DNA of 59,840 nucleotides, filler included, from Jimgerdemannia flammicorona (Eukaryota), in NCBI GenBank assembly GCA_003990765.1. It is 3 parts of 3 records of this genome, joined end to end, with 100 filler letters (N's around TTAATTAATTAA, not from the genome) between each part and the next. Parts side by side here need not be neighbours in the genome. Positions count along the whole stretch, not along the records: positions 19,983 to 39,862 come from RBNJ01001814.1; positions 39,963 to 59,840 come from RBNJ01001815.1; 1 more part is not named here. One strand, given 5' to 3'. Positions 38,205 to 49,368 of this stretch are shown here, one piece after another. Under the pieces are notes generated by a model, which was given only the letters and a program-made list of their open reading frames with translations, did not search any database and was not told the origin of the DNA. How positions within the stretch are numbered: the first letter of the stretch is position 1; every line of letters starts with the position of its first letter. The translations under genes were made by a program, and so were the position numbers.

Positions 38205-39862
38205 TAATACTTATTTCAACCCCTCTTATATTCTTAGATAATCTAGATAATAAGATATTACTTAGAGACTTAATATATATATATATATATATATCAAAAA
38301 GTCTTTTAATTATTCATTTACTTATTAGTATTTACTAAGATTAAGAAAGTATTATTTCTTTATAATAAAAATAAAATATTGCTCTTCTATAGTAACTATA
38401 GTTATAAGAGACTTATTCTTATAGACTCTTTCTCTATTACTATCTCAGTTATAAGATTTTGGTAGGTAATCTTTTAAGTATCTTTTCTATAATTTATTCT
38501 CTCTTTATCTCAGGTTAGTTTACTATACCTATTACAGGATAGTAAGAGAGAGATAATGGTGATAGGTTGCCTCTTTATCATTATCAGATTAGTGTTTTCT
38601 CTACTTTTTCATAGTTTCTGATATCTTTAGCTATATCAATTTTAGTATAGTATCTTCTTCCTTTTACTATTATTAATAAGGTATAATTATAGTATACATA
38701 TTATAAACTATATAGAGAATTTGCCAATCTTGAGTATTAAGTATCAGTATAGATTATCTACAAGTTATCAATACCTATAGTGAGGCTTACTGAGCTTTGG
38801 TAAGCTTTCTAGTGAGTATAGTTCTAGTATAGATAACTATTTTTCAGATAAAGTTAAAATGAGAGAAGAGGTAGCCATCACAGATAAGAGAAAGGACAAT
38901 AATAGTAAACTAGTTAAATATTAAACTAGAAGTAGTTATCAGAATTTGATTGAACATTATCTCAGTAAGGCCTTTTAATTAGCTGACAGATAGTGAGTAG
39001 TATAGTGGCTGATATTCTAACTATACTCAACTAAAACTAAGAGCTGATACAATAATACAATCAAGGTCTACAGCTTTAGAGAGTGGGACTTTCTTCATTT
39101 ATAGTATCTGACTGAAACTAAGAGCTGATATAGTAATATAATCAAGACTCATAGACTTAAAAAGTAGGATTGAGATCTTTTTAAACCTTAGTCTATATAT
39201 CAGTTCTTTTGAAAAAGTCTTATATATCTCTTTGACTGTTTTATAGCTATATTTAGAGACAAGATTTTAAAAGTTTATATCTTTTAAAATCATAATAGCT
39301 GTTAAAAAAGAAATTTAATAAAAAAAAAAATTTTTTTTTTTTAATAGAAAAAATAATGTTTCAAAAAATCATTTTTTCAAACTTTAATTTGTCTGCTAAA
39401 TGATTTTAAAAGACAATCTTATCTACAGTCAAAGGAATAAGTCCTTTACTCATCTACTATAAATCTGTTCTGCTTTTTGTTAATTGATAGGAGGGTTTTT
39501 TCTTTACCTCTAATTTTTATTTAGAGTCAGAGAGATTATAATATTCAGTTCTGATATTACTAGATCTAATATATAGGTATGCTCTCATAGTATTAGTCTA
39601 ATGATTCAGCCTTAGTAAATAGGCAAGTCTGGTCTATATATTATTAAGACAGAGTTACAATACTATCCTTATATAACTGAGATAGTAGGATTACTACTTC
39701 TCTTTATATAACTGAGATAGTAGGATTACTACTTCTCTTTATATATAGTCTAAAGATAATAAGGGAGTAATATTTAGAAGAGAGTGAAAGTGGATTTTGG
39801 TCTATATAGTCTAAGTTTCCTTTTAAAAAAAATTTACAGAAATATGATTTTATTAAAAAAAA
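38205..39862. repeat. decayed AT-rich repeat of unknown class
   Basis: About 38430-38585 matches the reverse complement of about 39980-40135. Short internal duplications at about 39036/39116 and 39669/39704. Confidence 0.5.
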
Positions 39863-39962
39863 NNNNNNNNNNNNNNNNNNNNNNNNNNNNNNNNNNNNNN
39901 NNNNNNTTAATTAATTAANNNNNNNNNNNNNNNNNNNNNNNNNNNNNNNNNNNNNNNNNNNN
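39863..39962. other. artificial 100-nt linker/gap
   Basis: N44-TTAATTAATTAA-N44. Confidence 0.97.
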
Positions 39963-40438
39963 AAAAAAAAAAAAGATACTAATAAAGGGGCAACCTATCA
40001 CTATTGTCTTTCTCTCACTGCTCTGCAATAGGTACAGCAAATCAACCTGAGATAGAGGGGGCAATAATTGTAGAAAGTAGACTCAGAAGGTTGCCTACCA
40101 AACTATTGTGACCAGTAAGGTAGTGGAGAAAGGGGCCAGCAGAGTTAGGCCTCTTAGTAGTATATCTGCTGGTAAATCTGGTATATTTACAAGCTTAATC
40201 TTGATAACTGAGCTAGTAATAGTAGAGGGGCCTATATTGTACTGGCATCTAGTTGAGATCCTTCTGATGGTAGATAGTTGGAAAGTTTTGAGGTAATTAC
40301 TTCACTTTCTATTTAAATTCTACTGACAATTTATTCTCTTGTAATAGCTGAGATTAATATAGTATCAGATATATCCAATTTGACTGTTGGTTTCTTATGA
40401 GCTGAAAAGTCATATTGATTATAAATATTTTCCAGTTA

Positions 40439-40740
40439 TGTAATATACTGACTCAATAGAGGTAAATTATAAGGTTGAGATAGCTATATAGATTGGCTTT
40501 AGCCCTAGTATTTTATCAAAGTTTAATAAAATATTTAATAATTTCTCTCTCAAAATTAAGTATAAATTCTTTTATTTACATAATGCAGATAATTTTGACA
40601 ATTTTCTAATTAGGTATAGATTTGGTAAACTTCTTAAATAGTAACTTTATAGCAAGTATTTTTACTAAATATTTTAATTATTTTTCTTTAAGATTAAGTA
40701 GCTCTTAGCAGGCATATCTCTCAAAGTGTATTAGGCAGAC
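40439..40740. repeat. decayed copy of the TGTAACGTGCCGG LTR-like family
   Basis: TGTAATATACTGACTCAATAGAGGTAAATTATAAGGTTG is a transition-decayed version of the sequence at 59714. Confidence 0.55.
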
Positions 40741-40759
40741 TTATCTTTACTTTTGAACT

Positions 40760-43700
40760 TTTCAGACTGCTATCATTCCACTCCACCACTCCTTCAGTAG
40801 AACTGTTCCATATACTGAGAACCAGACACCCAAATATCAAACTGCCTCTCCTATATGGACCAGTTGACCAAAATGTCCACATTCTCCCAAACCAGCTCCC
40901 AGCTCCATAGTCTCACACTTGCCCCAATTCAGCTTCACCCCTGTCAGCCTTTTATACTGTCCCACCCCTTCCTGCAGTCTTGTCACATCTGCCATACAGC
41001 CTAACTCTACCACTATGTCATTAGTGAAAGCTCCCAGCTTCCAAACCACCTCCCCCATCTTCAGCCCAGTGAGCCTTTCTCTCAGCCATACCAACAAAGG
41101 CTCCAAGGATAGAATATAGAGTAGAGGTGAGAGAGGATCCCCCTATACCATGTCTCTCCCCAAGATAAACTCTGGGCCACTCCACTCATTCATTAGTACT
41201 GCAGCCCAACAGCCCTACACCAGGCCCATCAGTTTCTGAGCCTCCACCATACCAAATCCTGTCTTCTGCAGAACTGCCTCCAGATAGTCCCACCTCACTC
41301 TATTATATGCCTTTTTCTGATCCAAGAACACCATTCTCCCATCCACTTATCAGCTTTGACAGTCCTCCAAGACATTTTGCAGCCAGGCTGTGCTGTCATG
41401 GATCTGTCTCCCCTTCACAAATCCTTACTATTCTTCACCCACCAATTGGCCAATCCAATATTGCATCCTCCCAACCAGGATCTTAGAGACCAACTTTCTG
41501 TCCACATTCAGTAGCATAATAGGCTACTAGTTCTGCCACATATGGCAATCCCCTTTCTACTTGTAGAGCAGAGAGACTTACCCTAAGAAGCCATTGCCGA
41601 TCTAGCAGCCTTCACCTCTCACAAAGTTTGCCATTTCAACAAGCTATCCCCTGAACTTGACTTGGAATTCCTTCCAGAACTCTCAAGGCAGCCCATCCTC
41701 TCCTGGTGATGAACCAGTCTGTACTTTCTACAGAACCTCCAAAACCTCTTCAAGGGCCACCATACCCATTACTGCCCCACCTATCTCAAGCACCACTACC
41801 ACTGACCAGCTGCTAACCAGATTGTCATTATCCTCTAGTGGAGTCACTCCCCCCACCAGACCTTTGCCATCTTGCCATAGAGCATGCCATTGCCCCGAGA
41901 TCTCTCCAAGCATATCAGTAATACCAGTAACCTCAACATCATCCTTCCACAACACTGAAGCCCAGCTATGCTGCACTCTCCTGGCCTTCAAGATTCTGGA
42001 CAAATACTTAGTGGGTCACTCTCCTTCCTCCAACTGCCTTGCCTGCAACCTCGCCAGCAGCCCATCTATCACTCTATCTTCTGCTGCCTTTAAATCTAAC
42101 CACAATTCAGCCACCTCCTTGGCCAACCAGGAGCATCTCTCTCCAGATAAATTCTCTCCCTCCAGGGATTTCAGCCGCCAATGTAGCCCCTGTTCAACTC
42201 TCCTTTCTCTATCCTTCTGCTCTCTTCCAGCTAGCTCCCCCACATCCCTCCAGTAAGTACCTGCCAAATGTTTGAATTTCCCCCACCACTGTACTATTAA
42301 CTGTCTACCATCTTTCTACAGTGCCACTTCCTGCCTTGCAATTTCCACAAATTGGTCTCTTTCCACCTGTCTTTTGAGTAGTGCCATATTGAGTCACCAT
42401 CTACCTCCACCTCCACTGACCATCTGGAATCTCCCACACACCTCAACTCCCCAGTGATCTGACCAAGGACACCACTGTACTCCTGTTGAATCCAATACAT
42501 TGCCCCAGCATTCTGCCACCAGAATCCAGTCAATCCTTGTTCCAACCAAGTTCTCACCAACTGGGTGCCACCTAGTGAATGGCCCTGGCCTTTCCCCTTG
42601 ATGTTGTCGAACCCCATCAACCAATCCCATATTCCTCTCTACCTGGAGCCACCATGAGAGCCCAGTAGATACAGCCACACCAACTCCACCATCAGATCTA
42701 TCTAATGTTCTATCATGTACCATATTAAAGTCCCCCCCCAGAATGTCCAACCCCACCTCATCCTGGTCTCCCCAAGCCAACCAAAATGCCCACCTACTCA
42801 TTCCAACCTATACTTCTATATTATTCCCTACTCCAATCCTCATAATCTTGCTCCCCATATGCCCAAATGTCCTGTAGCAATACAACATCATATCTCCTGA
42901 CCTTCAGCCAACAAAATAGATGCCTTCTCTTCACTCCATCATGCAAATCATTGACATTTAATAATAAAATACATAGACTGTTCATCATCATAAATAAAAA
43001 TATTTAAAGCTCCACTGGAATCACCACCACCTTCTCTGCTCGACCACAGATTATTATCTTCCATTCCTCACAGATTGGCCTCTAGATACAGGCTCCATTT
43101 ACTCTACTGCAGAATATATTCACTTGCTCAGATGCCACCTTCCTGATGTCAGCCATACAGTCCTCATCTACCTCATATCCTTCATCATCCAGAAGTACTG
43201 TCACCATCCCTATCACCAACTTCAGCCCCTATAATACTACATTGAGGAACCCTTCCCAGACCTCTTGAGACCCATTAAATACATCCACTTCCTTGATATC
43301 CTCCTCTGCCAGTTCCTCGAGCACTACCTGATACCAGTCATCAGCTATCATCACCAAGGGCCCAGGGGTGGCAGGCCTTGGGGTCCTGCTCAGCTCCTAT
43401 AACATCTCTCTATCTGCCAACACATCAGAGGCTACATTCACCAGGTCATCCTCCTCCATACCCTTCTCCAGCCTCACCACTTTGCCAGCCTCTGGATACT
43501 CCCAATGAACATTTGCTACTCCTGCCATCCGAACATCCTCCAACTGAGTCTCTGGCACTACCTTGACAATCTCCTCAAAACCCCCTACATTTGCCTCCTC
43601 CTTATCAGCCCACTTCCCCTTTACTGGTACATGAGCCGAGTCCTCCACTCCCCCCAGTTGTGAATAGGACACCTCAGCTGTCTCCACCTCTTCTATCTGA

Positions 43701-44950
43701 CTCTTGGCCATCTCCACCTTTCTTCTTCCTCCACTTTCGAGCCCTGGAGGACTGTCTGAAGGCACTCCCAGTTTGCCCTCTACCACTTCTTCCTCCTTCC
43801 ATCTGTCAGAATCCAGATCCAGTCCTTGGCAAACTCCTCCCATCTCCTCTTCTGTACTTCCTTTGCTGCCTCCCTCTCCTCTAGGGCAATCAGCAGTTCC
43901 TCCTCCTCCTGTTCAGAGCCCTTCCTTCTCCACACTTTGTACTCCTGCCCTTCAATATGAATCACCTCTGGCTAGTCCCTCCCTAGCCCTGTAGCCTCCT
44001 TGCCTTCTAGCCTCACTATTATCTCACAGTTGCCATTCCTCAGCTTAGTCCCCTCCCAGAACATAAACCCAAAGTTGACCATCTCACCGAAGCCCCCCAG
44101 TGCCTCTGCTACAATCCCTTTAGTCTCTTGTTTTCCCAACATCAGCAGCCCCTCAATCACCAGGTATATGGTACATGGGTCCCACCTCAGGCACCTCACC
44201 ATGCCTACTTTGATATTCTTGATGATCAACCCTTTCACCAAGGCTTTTGCCATATCCTCCTCCTCCACAAATCCTATCTCTACTGCTTCAGCTGATGGGA
44301 TGAACTTCAGTGACTCTGCCCCAGCAACCTCCTCTCCCACTAGCTGCAAGATCTCCCTAGCAGATATCCCCAGCCCTAAGAAATTTGCTGAGATAGTCCA
44401 CGTCGACACTGACTTGTGAAAGAAGGGGCACACCACCAGTTCACCAGAGCCTACTGCCATCATAGCCTTCCTCTTATTCTCAGATACCCCAGCCATTACC
44501 CCAGCCACAGACCTAGCCCCAGGAATGCCAGTCCCAGCTGCACCACTTCTGGACCCCTGGCCCCTGGCAGGCACCTGACCAGTCACCTGACCAGTCACCT
44601 GGCCAGTCACCTAACTCCTACTCCTGTCAATACTACGTCCCCCCTGCTCTACCCCCATGGGCCTAGTAGCCACCCTCCTGCCCCCTATCACTGTATGCCA
44701 ACTTTCGATACCAGCCTGCCTTCCTTGACCACCCCCTCCTCCTGCTCCAGCACCTGCCCCAGCTGCTGCTGCAAAACTCTTGGGGAGGCCCAGGCCAGGC
44801 CTCCTTCTCTCTAAGCACTCAGAGCTTGATGAACCCTGGGTCGCCATTCAATGAAAACTCCACAGAATTTGATGAAACTTATTGTAGACTGTTACTAGAC
44901 TCTTGCCACACCTTGTACACCAGTATAGACGAAGTGAAAACTTGAAAACA
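40760..44950 (-). mobile_element. LINE C (divergent L1/Tx1-like subfamily), 3' end missing: ORF1 about 44847-43010, ORF2 from about 42990
   Basis: ORF1 TISANFLG..LKFIP..VEIGF is homologous to LINE A/B ORF1. APE motifs LNVNDL..LLQD, LGGDFN, TRIDWIL and SDH. RT motifs FLDQKKAY and GAFTND. Confidence 0.85.
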
Positions 44951-45104
44951 TGTTGCTTTTCATGAAACGATGTCCATCTGGCCTAGCTCACTCCAAATGG
45001 TTTGAGCAAAAGAAGTCCTGTCCCTTAATATCTTCTTTCCTAGTAAACATCTCTGTGACTGAAGCCTTTTTTATTTTTTATCTTTGGATATTTTGGGTAA
45101 ATAT

Positions 45105-45270
45105 CTCTGTTCCTAAAGCCTTAATATTCTCTTTTTTATTTTTTATTCATTGGATACTCTCTGTGACTAAAGCCTTAATATTCTCTTTTTTATTTTTTAT
45201 TCATTGGATACTCTCTGTGACTAAAGCCTTAATATTCTCTTTTTTATTTTTTCTTCTTTGGATATTTCGA
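45105..45270. repeat. 54-bp tandem repeat (about 3 copies plus a degenerate copy upstream)
   Basis: Unit CTCTGTGACTAAAGCCTTAATATTCTCTTTTTTATTTTTTATTCATTGGATACT. Confidence 0.85.
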
Positions 45271-45369
45271 GTAAATGTCTCATGTCTCTGCAACTGATAC
45301 CTCAAAAATTTTCTAATTTCTATTATCAAGCTGACTTATTACTAGAATTCTCGAACTATTAATATTGGT

Positions 45370-46570
45370 TGCATCAAGGGTACTATGTACTGTCTGTATG
45401 GGACCAGAGGCTATATTCTTGAAGGATGCAGTATCAGCAACTGTTCCAATGCCATCTGCATTGAGAATGATCACAGTCATCCATATGCACTACCATTTAT
45501 TGCTGAAGGAGCTTGGCAATGTCCATCTCATGATAGTAAAGCTGATAGACTGTTTGGTACAATGGGAACCATCTCATTAACATCCAGACACTTGAATTGG
45601 CATCATTTTCAGAGCAGGAGATCCTCTTTTTAGCAACTGGGTTGATATTTTCTTCATATAGTATGTGTACTTTTATATTTATATTTATTTGCGGATATTG
45701 GTTAAATTTTAGCTAATAAGATATTTTTTATCTATATAGTGAAACCAGATCCTTTTTACAAAGCACTCTTTTTTAACTGAAAATATGCTGAAGGCTGCTG
45801 CAATAAGCACTGATCAGATGTAAGGTTTTTTTTTTTTTTTTTTTTTTATCTATTTTTTAATATTATATTCTAATCTAATGTTATACTTTTTTTTATCAAG
45901 ATGGTGATCTGAAGCTAGCAAATGGCTGTTAATCCTGATACATACTAATTATGAGGGTGATTTATAGTTTGAGATCACTAAAGATGGATAGCCATGGGCG
46001 GCCCTATTGAATGAGATATGTTTACAGAGTGTCTTTAGGTTTTTTATTAAGTTTTTTGCCAGCATCTTCACCAATAGCAGAATATATAATATCAATATAG
46101 TTCTTTTTGTCTGTGGCTCTCTAATACACTCTACCAAGTCCAATACTAAAAGAAGTTAAGAGAAGACTGTCCAGGTAATGAATGTATTGAAGAGGTATTT
46201 TATTATTATTATTATTATTATTCTAAGTATCAATTTAAATATAATATATTTTATATATAGCTAATAATTAAATTTATATTTATATAGATCAAATATTGGG
46301 AAAGTTCTTCTTTTTACACAATATTCTAAAGATCATTGAGCAATATGAGATGTATGGTGTTCTATTTATAGAAGCTGTATACCAAAGAGAGAATCTGTCA
46401 AGTCCTGTCTGAGTGTTGGAAAATGGTGAGAGAATATATTCATGGAAAATTGTTACCTTATTCTAAACATCCACATAAAAGTAGTCAGTGCTGTATGATA
46501 GTTAAATGTAGTGAGAATGATAGATATGTTGTTGAGATTATAGAATATAAGGCTTCTTATAGATAATGCA
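45370..46570 (+). pseudogene. decayed multi-exon gene with a PHD-finger-like N-terminal domain
   Basis: YCLY(C)GTR(G)GYILEGCSISNCSNAIC....EGAWQCPSH at 45388-45530 has PHD/ADD-like spacing. Downstream exon-like blocks are separated by AT-rich intron-like tracts. Confidence 0.5.
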
Positions 46571-46799
46571 ATTTTATTCATAATATTATTTAGTTAGCTA
46601 ATATCACTTTAATTATATATAGTATAGCTAAATAATATAGATATTTATATATATCTTTATCCTTAGGAAAAGAGTTATTTCAGAGAAAAGAGTTTTCCTT
46701 CTAAGGAACTAGGTGAATCCGGCATAATAAATATATTAAATTTGAACATGATTTTGTTAAGTTATTAAATTTTAAAGTTTGTCTCTGAATTTCAAATCA

Positions 46800-46885
46800 A
46801 ATTAAACCTCAATTCAATTTGATTTGATTTCAATGACCCCCAATTCAATTCAATTAGAATTGATTCAATTTGTTTACAAGCACTA
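46800..46885. repeat. isolated hAT-MITE-like terminus
   Basis: AATT(C/G) repeats ending ATTTGTTTACAAGCACTA, similar to the right TIRs of the MITEs at 1471 and 55718. Confidence 0.45.
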
Positions 46886-47146
46886 GGCTGGACAGTTCAG
46901 GTGATGTATATTATCAGATAGTATGATTGGGCAATTTGTGTAGAGAGTAAAGAAAATATAACAGCCAATAGCTTAGTAGAAATATGTGTGATCAGAATTC
47001 AGAAAGTCAGAATACAGGGATCTAATATATGTATATAAATAAGAAGTATAAACTATTTCTGAATAATCAATACAAACTTCAATATAATCTCTGAAAATGT
47101 GAAGACTGAACTATTTCTAAGATATAAATATATATATCAGTATTAA

Positions 47147-48690
47147 TTACATATAAAGTAATTGCAATATAATCTCTATTGCCCTAACATATATATCCAT
47201 TCTCCAAAGATCAGATGCTGTCAATGGATCTATCTCTGTTTGTAGCTGTATTTTCATTTCATCAGAAAGGCCAATGTCCTGAGGAGGCTCTATTTCTTTA
47301 GATTCACCACCTATGCCAACTGGACCATCCCAATCAATTCTAAAATTCTCATGTATTCCTCCAAGTATATCAACAATATACTGGTCATCTTCTCTTGCAT
47401 CAAATTGATTCCATTGCTCAGTATTAGATATGTCCAGAATGAACAACTGCTGTGGGATTCTATTATTCTTCATTATAATAGGATGTCAATTCCAACCCTT
47501 TATAAATGATTAGAGGACAGCTTGAATTCAGAGAATGTATATGAAGTGAAGACACTACATATAAACTGGATTATCAATATCCAAGAATTCCTGATGCTCA
47601 AGTTCATAAAAAATCTTAAAATAGCAATAGATTTAAAGTTAGAGAATATATTAAATAATATTATTTAAATATATATATATAATCTTACTTCATAAAATAT
47701 TCTCAATGCATGACTCCATATATCTCACCAAAGTCATTCAATTTGTTAATTATGTATAAATTTTCCAGCAATAAAACTGCCATGGCCAATTCCACTTATT
47801 TGTAACATAAACTTACAAATAGCATAATTTTCACCTCTCTTATCACCTTAAACTTAACTAGGACAACTCCAAGATCAGATTCCTTGTAAAAATGCTTCCA
47901 TCATTGTTTCTTTCTGATTATTATTGTTTAACATAAGAAATATTATTGCCTGAGTCTTGCCATCATTACTGCCATATATAACCATCTTCTATCTATCCAA
48001 TCCATGATATTCATCAATATCCAAAGAGAGTTTGGTTGCTCAACCCAATAGACTCATAGCTGAATACTCTCAGCCTATCATATAGAGACACCAATAGGAT
48101 CAATCACTTGTAAGGCTCTTCAAATTCAATGTTGAGGAATATGTATTCCTTGGCTTTGCAATACTCTAGTTAGTGTTTGCTCTCCACTATAAGCATCTGT
48201 TGTCTGCTTAAGATACCTTATCATATTCTTCAAATCAGTATCAGAAATATCTGTCCATTGTCTACAGATTCCATAATCCTATAATTATCTCTTAATAGTT
48301 GATTCTGAGACACCAAAGAGTTGAGCAATATCAGAATTTGTTAGACACTCTTCTATATTGGCAATAAGAATCTCCTTACTAATAAGATAGCCTGGACATC
48401 CATCTTGTCCAGTCTGAATAACTTGTGGTTGAATAGGTAATAGTGCAACTTCATCTGCATTAACATGAGTATGGATTTTAAGAAGCAGTGAACAGGCTAA
48501 GTCAAGATTGCTCTAGATCCATAGATCAGACAATATAGTTGCAAGGTGATTGAGATTATTTGCAAACTGATCCAATTGAAGAAGGTGGAGGTCAAATTCA
48601 GGATGATTGCCATTATTTCATAAGTTCAATACATTTTGAGCATCTTGTATAATTTGAGAAGTTGTATAAATGAAGTTCTGTATTTGATCC
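47147..48690 (-). pseudogene. integrase-type DDE transposase with N-terminal HTH (IS3EU-like), with one intron at about 47688-47615
   Basis: HTH NSDIAQLFGVSESTIKR, ISDTDL..SGE..LQSQGI..IDPIG, YWVEQPNSLW(H)ID, VI(H)GSNDG, CPS*V*GDKRGEN (PSRVRGDxGGEN), GSFIAGK.IHN*QIE*LW*D (HNQRIERLWRD), WN*HP..NRIPQQL. Confidence 0.75.
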
Positions 48691-48694
48691 AGTT

Positions 48695-49345
48695 TGTATG
48701 GTATACACAGCTTACTTGGCTTATATGGTTTATATAGCTTATGTGGTTTGTGTTTGCTCATAGCTTACTCAGCTTGTACAGTTTGTATAGCTTATATAGC
48801 TTGTATAACTTACACAGCTTCCACAGCTTACTCAGTTTGCATAGTTTGTATACCTTATATGGCTTATATGACTTGTATTACTTGTGGATAGTATAGGTTA
48901 TGTAGCTTATATTGACTTATATATTTGATAGAGATTAGGTAGCATAAGCTTAAGTGGGTAATATAAGCTTAAGTAGGTAGCATAAGTTTAAGTGAGTGGT
49001 ATAAGCTTAAGTAGATGGCATAAGCTTATATGGGTGATATGTATAAGCTTAATTGCTTATAAAAAATTCACTTTTTTTGTCAATCCAGTTTTTTTGGTTA
49101 TCAATCTAATTTTTTTGATCAAATTTCATTGATCCACTTTTTTGATCAAATTTTATCAATCTAATTTTTTTGGTCAAATTTTGTCAATTTAATTTTTTTG
49201 GTCAAATTTTGTCAATCCAATTTTTTTGGTCAAATTTTTGTCATCAATCCAATTTTTTTGATTAAATTCATCAATCTAATTTTTTTGGTCAAATTTTTAT
49301 CATCAATCTATTTTTTTTTTATCAAATTTCTTGTTGATTCATGAT
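48695..49345. repeat. degenerate tandem repeat blocks (about 9-bp TATAGCTTG-like, about 19-bp ATAAGCTTAAGTRGGT-like, about 26-30-bp CAATCCAATTTTTTTGGTCAAATTT-like)
   Basis: Repeated units read directly from the sequence, upstream of the transposase. Confidence 0.7.
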
Positions 49346-49368
49346 TTGATAGTTTTGACCTTGATGGT

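Noticed and set aside
38205..39862. Expected Fanzor N-terminus/RuvC-I (DPG motif) beyond the Gypsy insertion
   Set aside because: No convincing motif in the frames read. The region matches another repeat, so the N-terminus is displaced or lost.
38430..40135. Inverted repeat pair flanking the second gap
   Set aside because: The arms are on different contigs joined by an artificial linker. They are just two copies of a dispersed repeat.
45050..49345. Tandem arrays as possible CRISPR-like arrays
   Set aside because: The units are head-to-tail with no unique spacers, there are no cas genes, and the context is eukaryotic.
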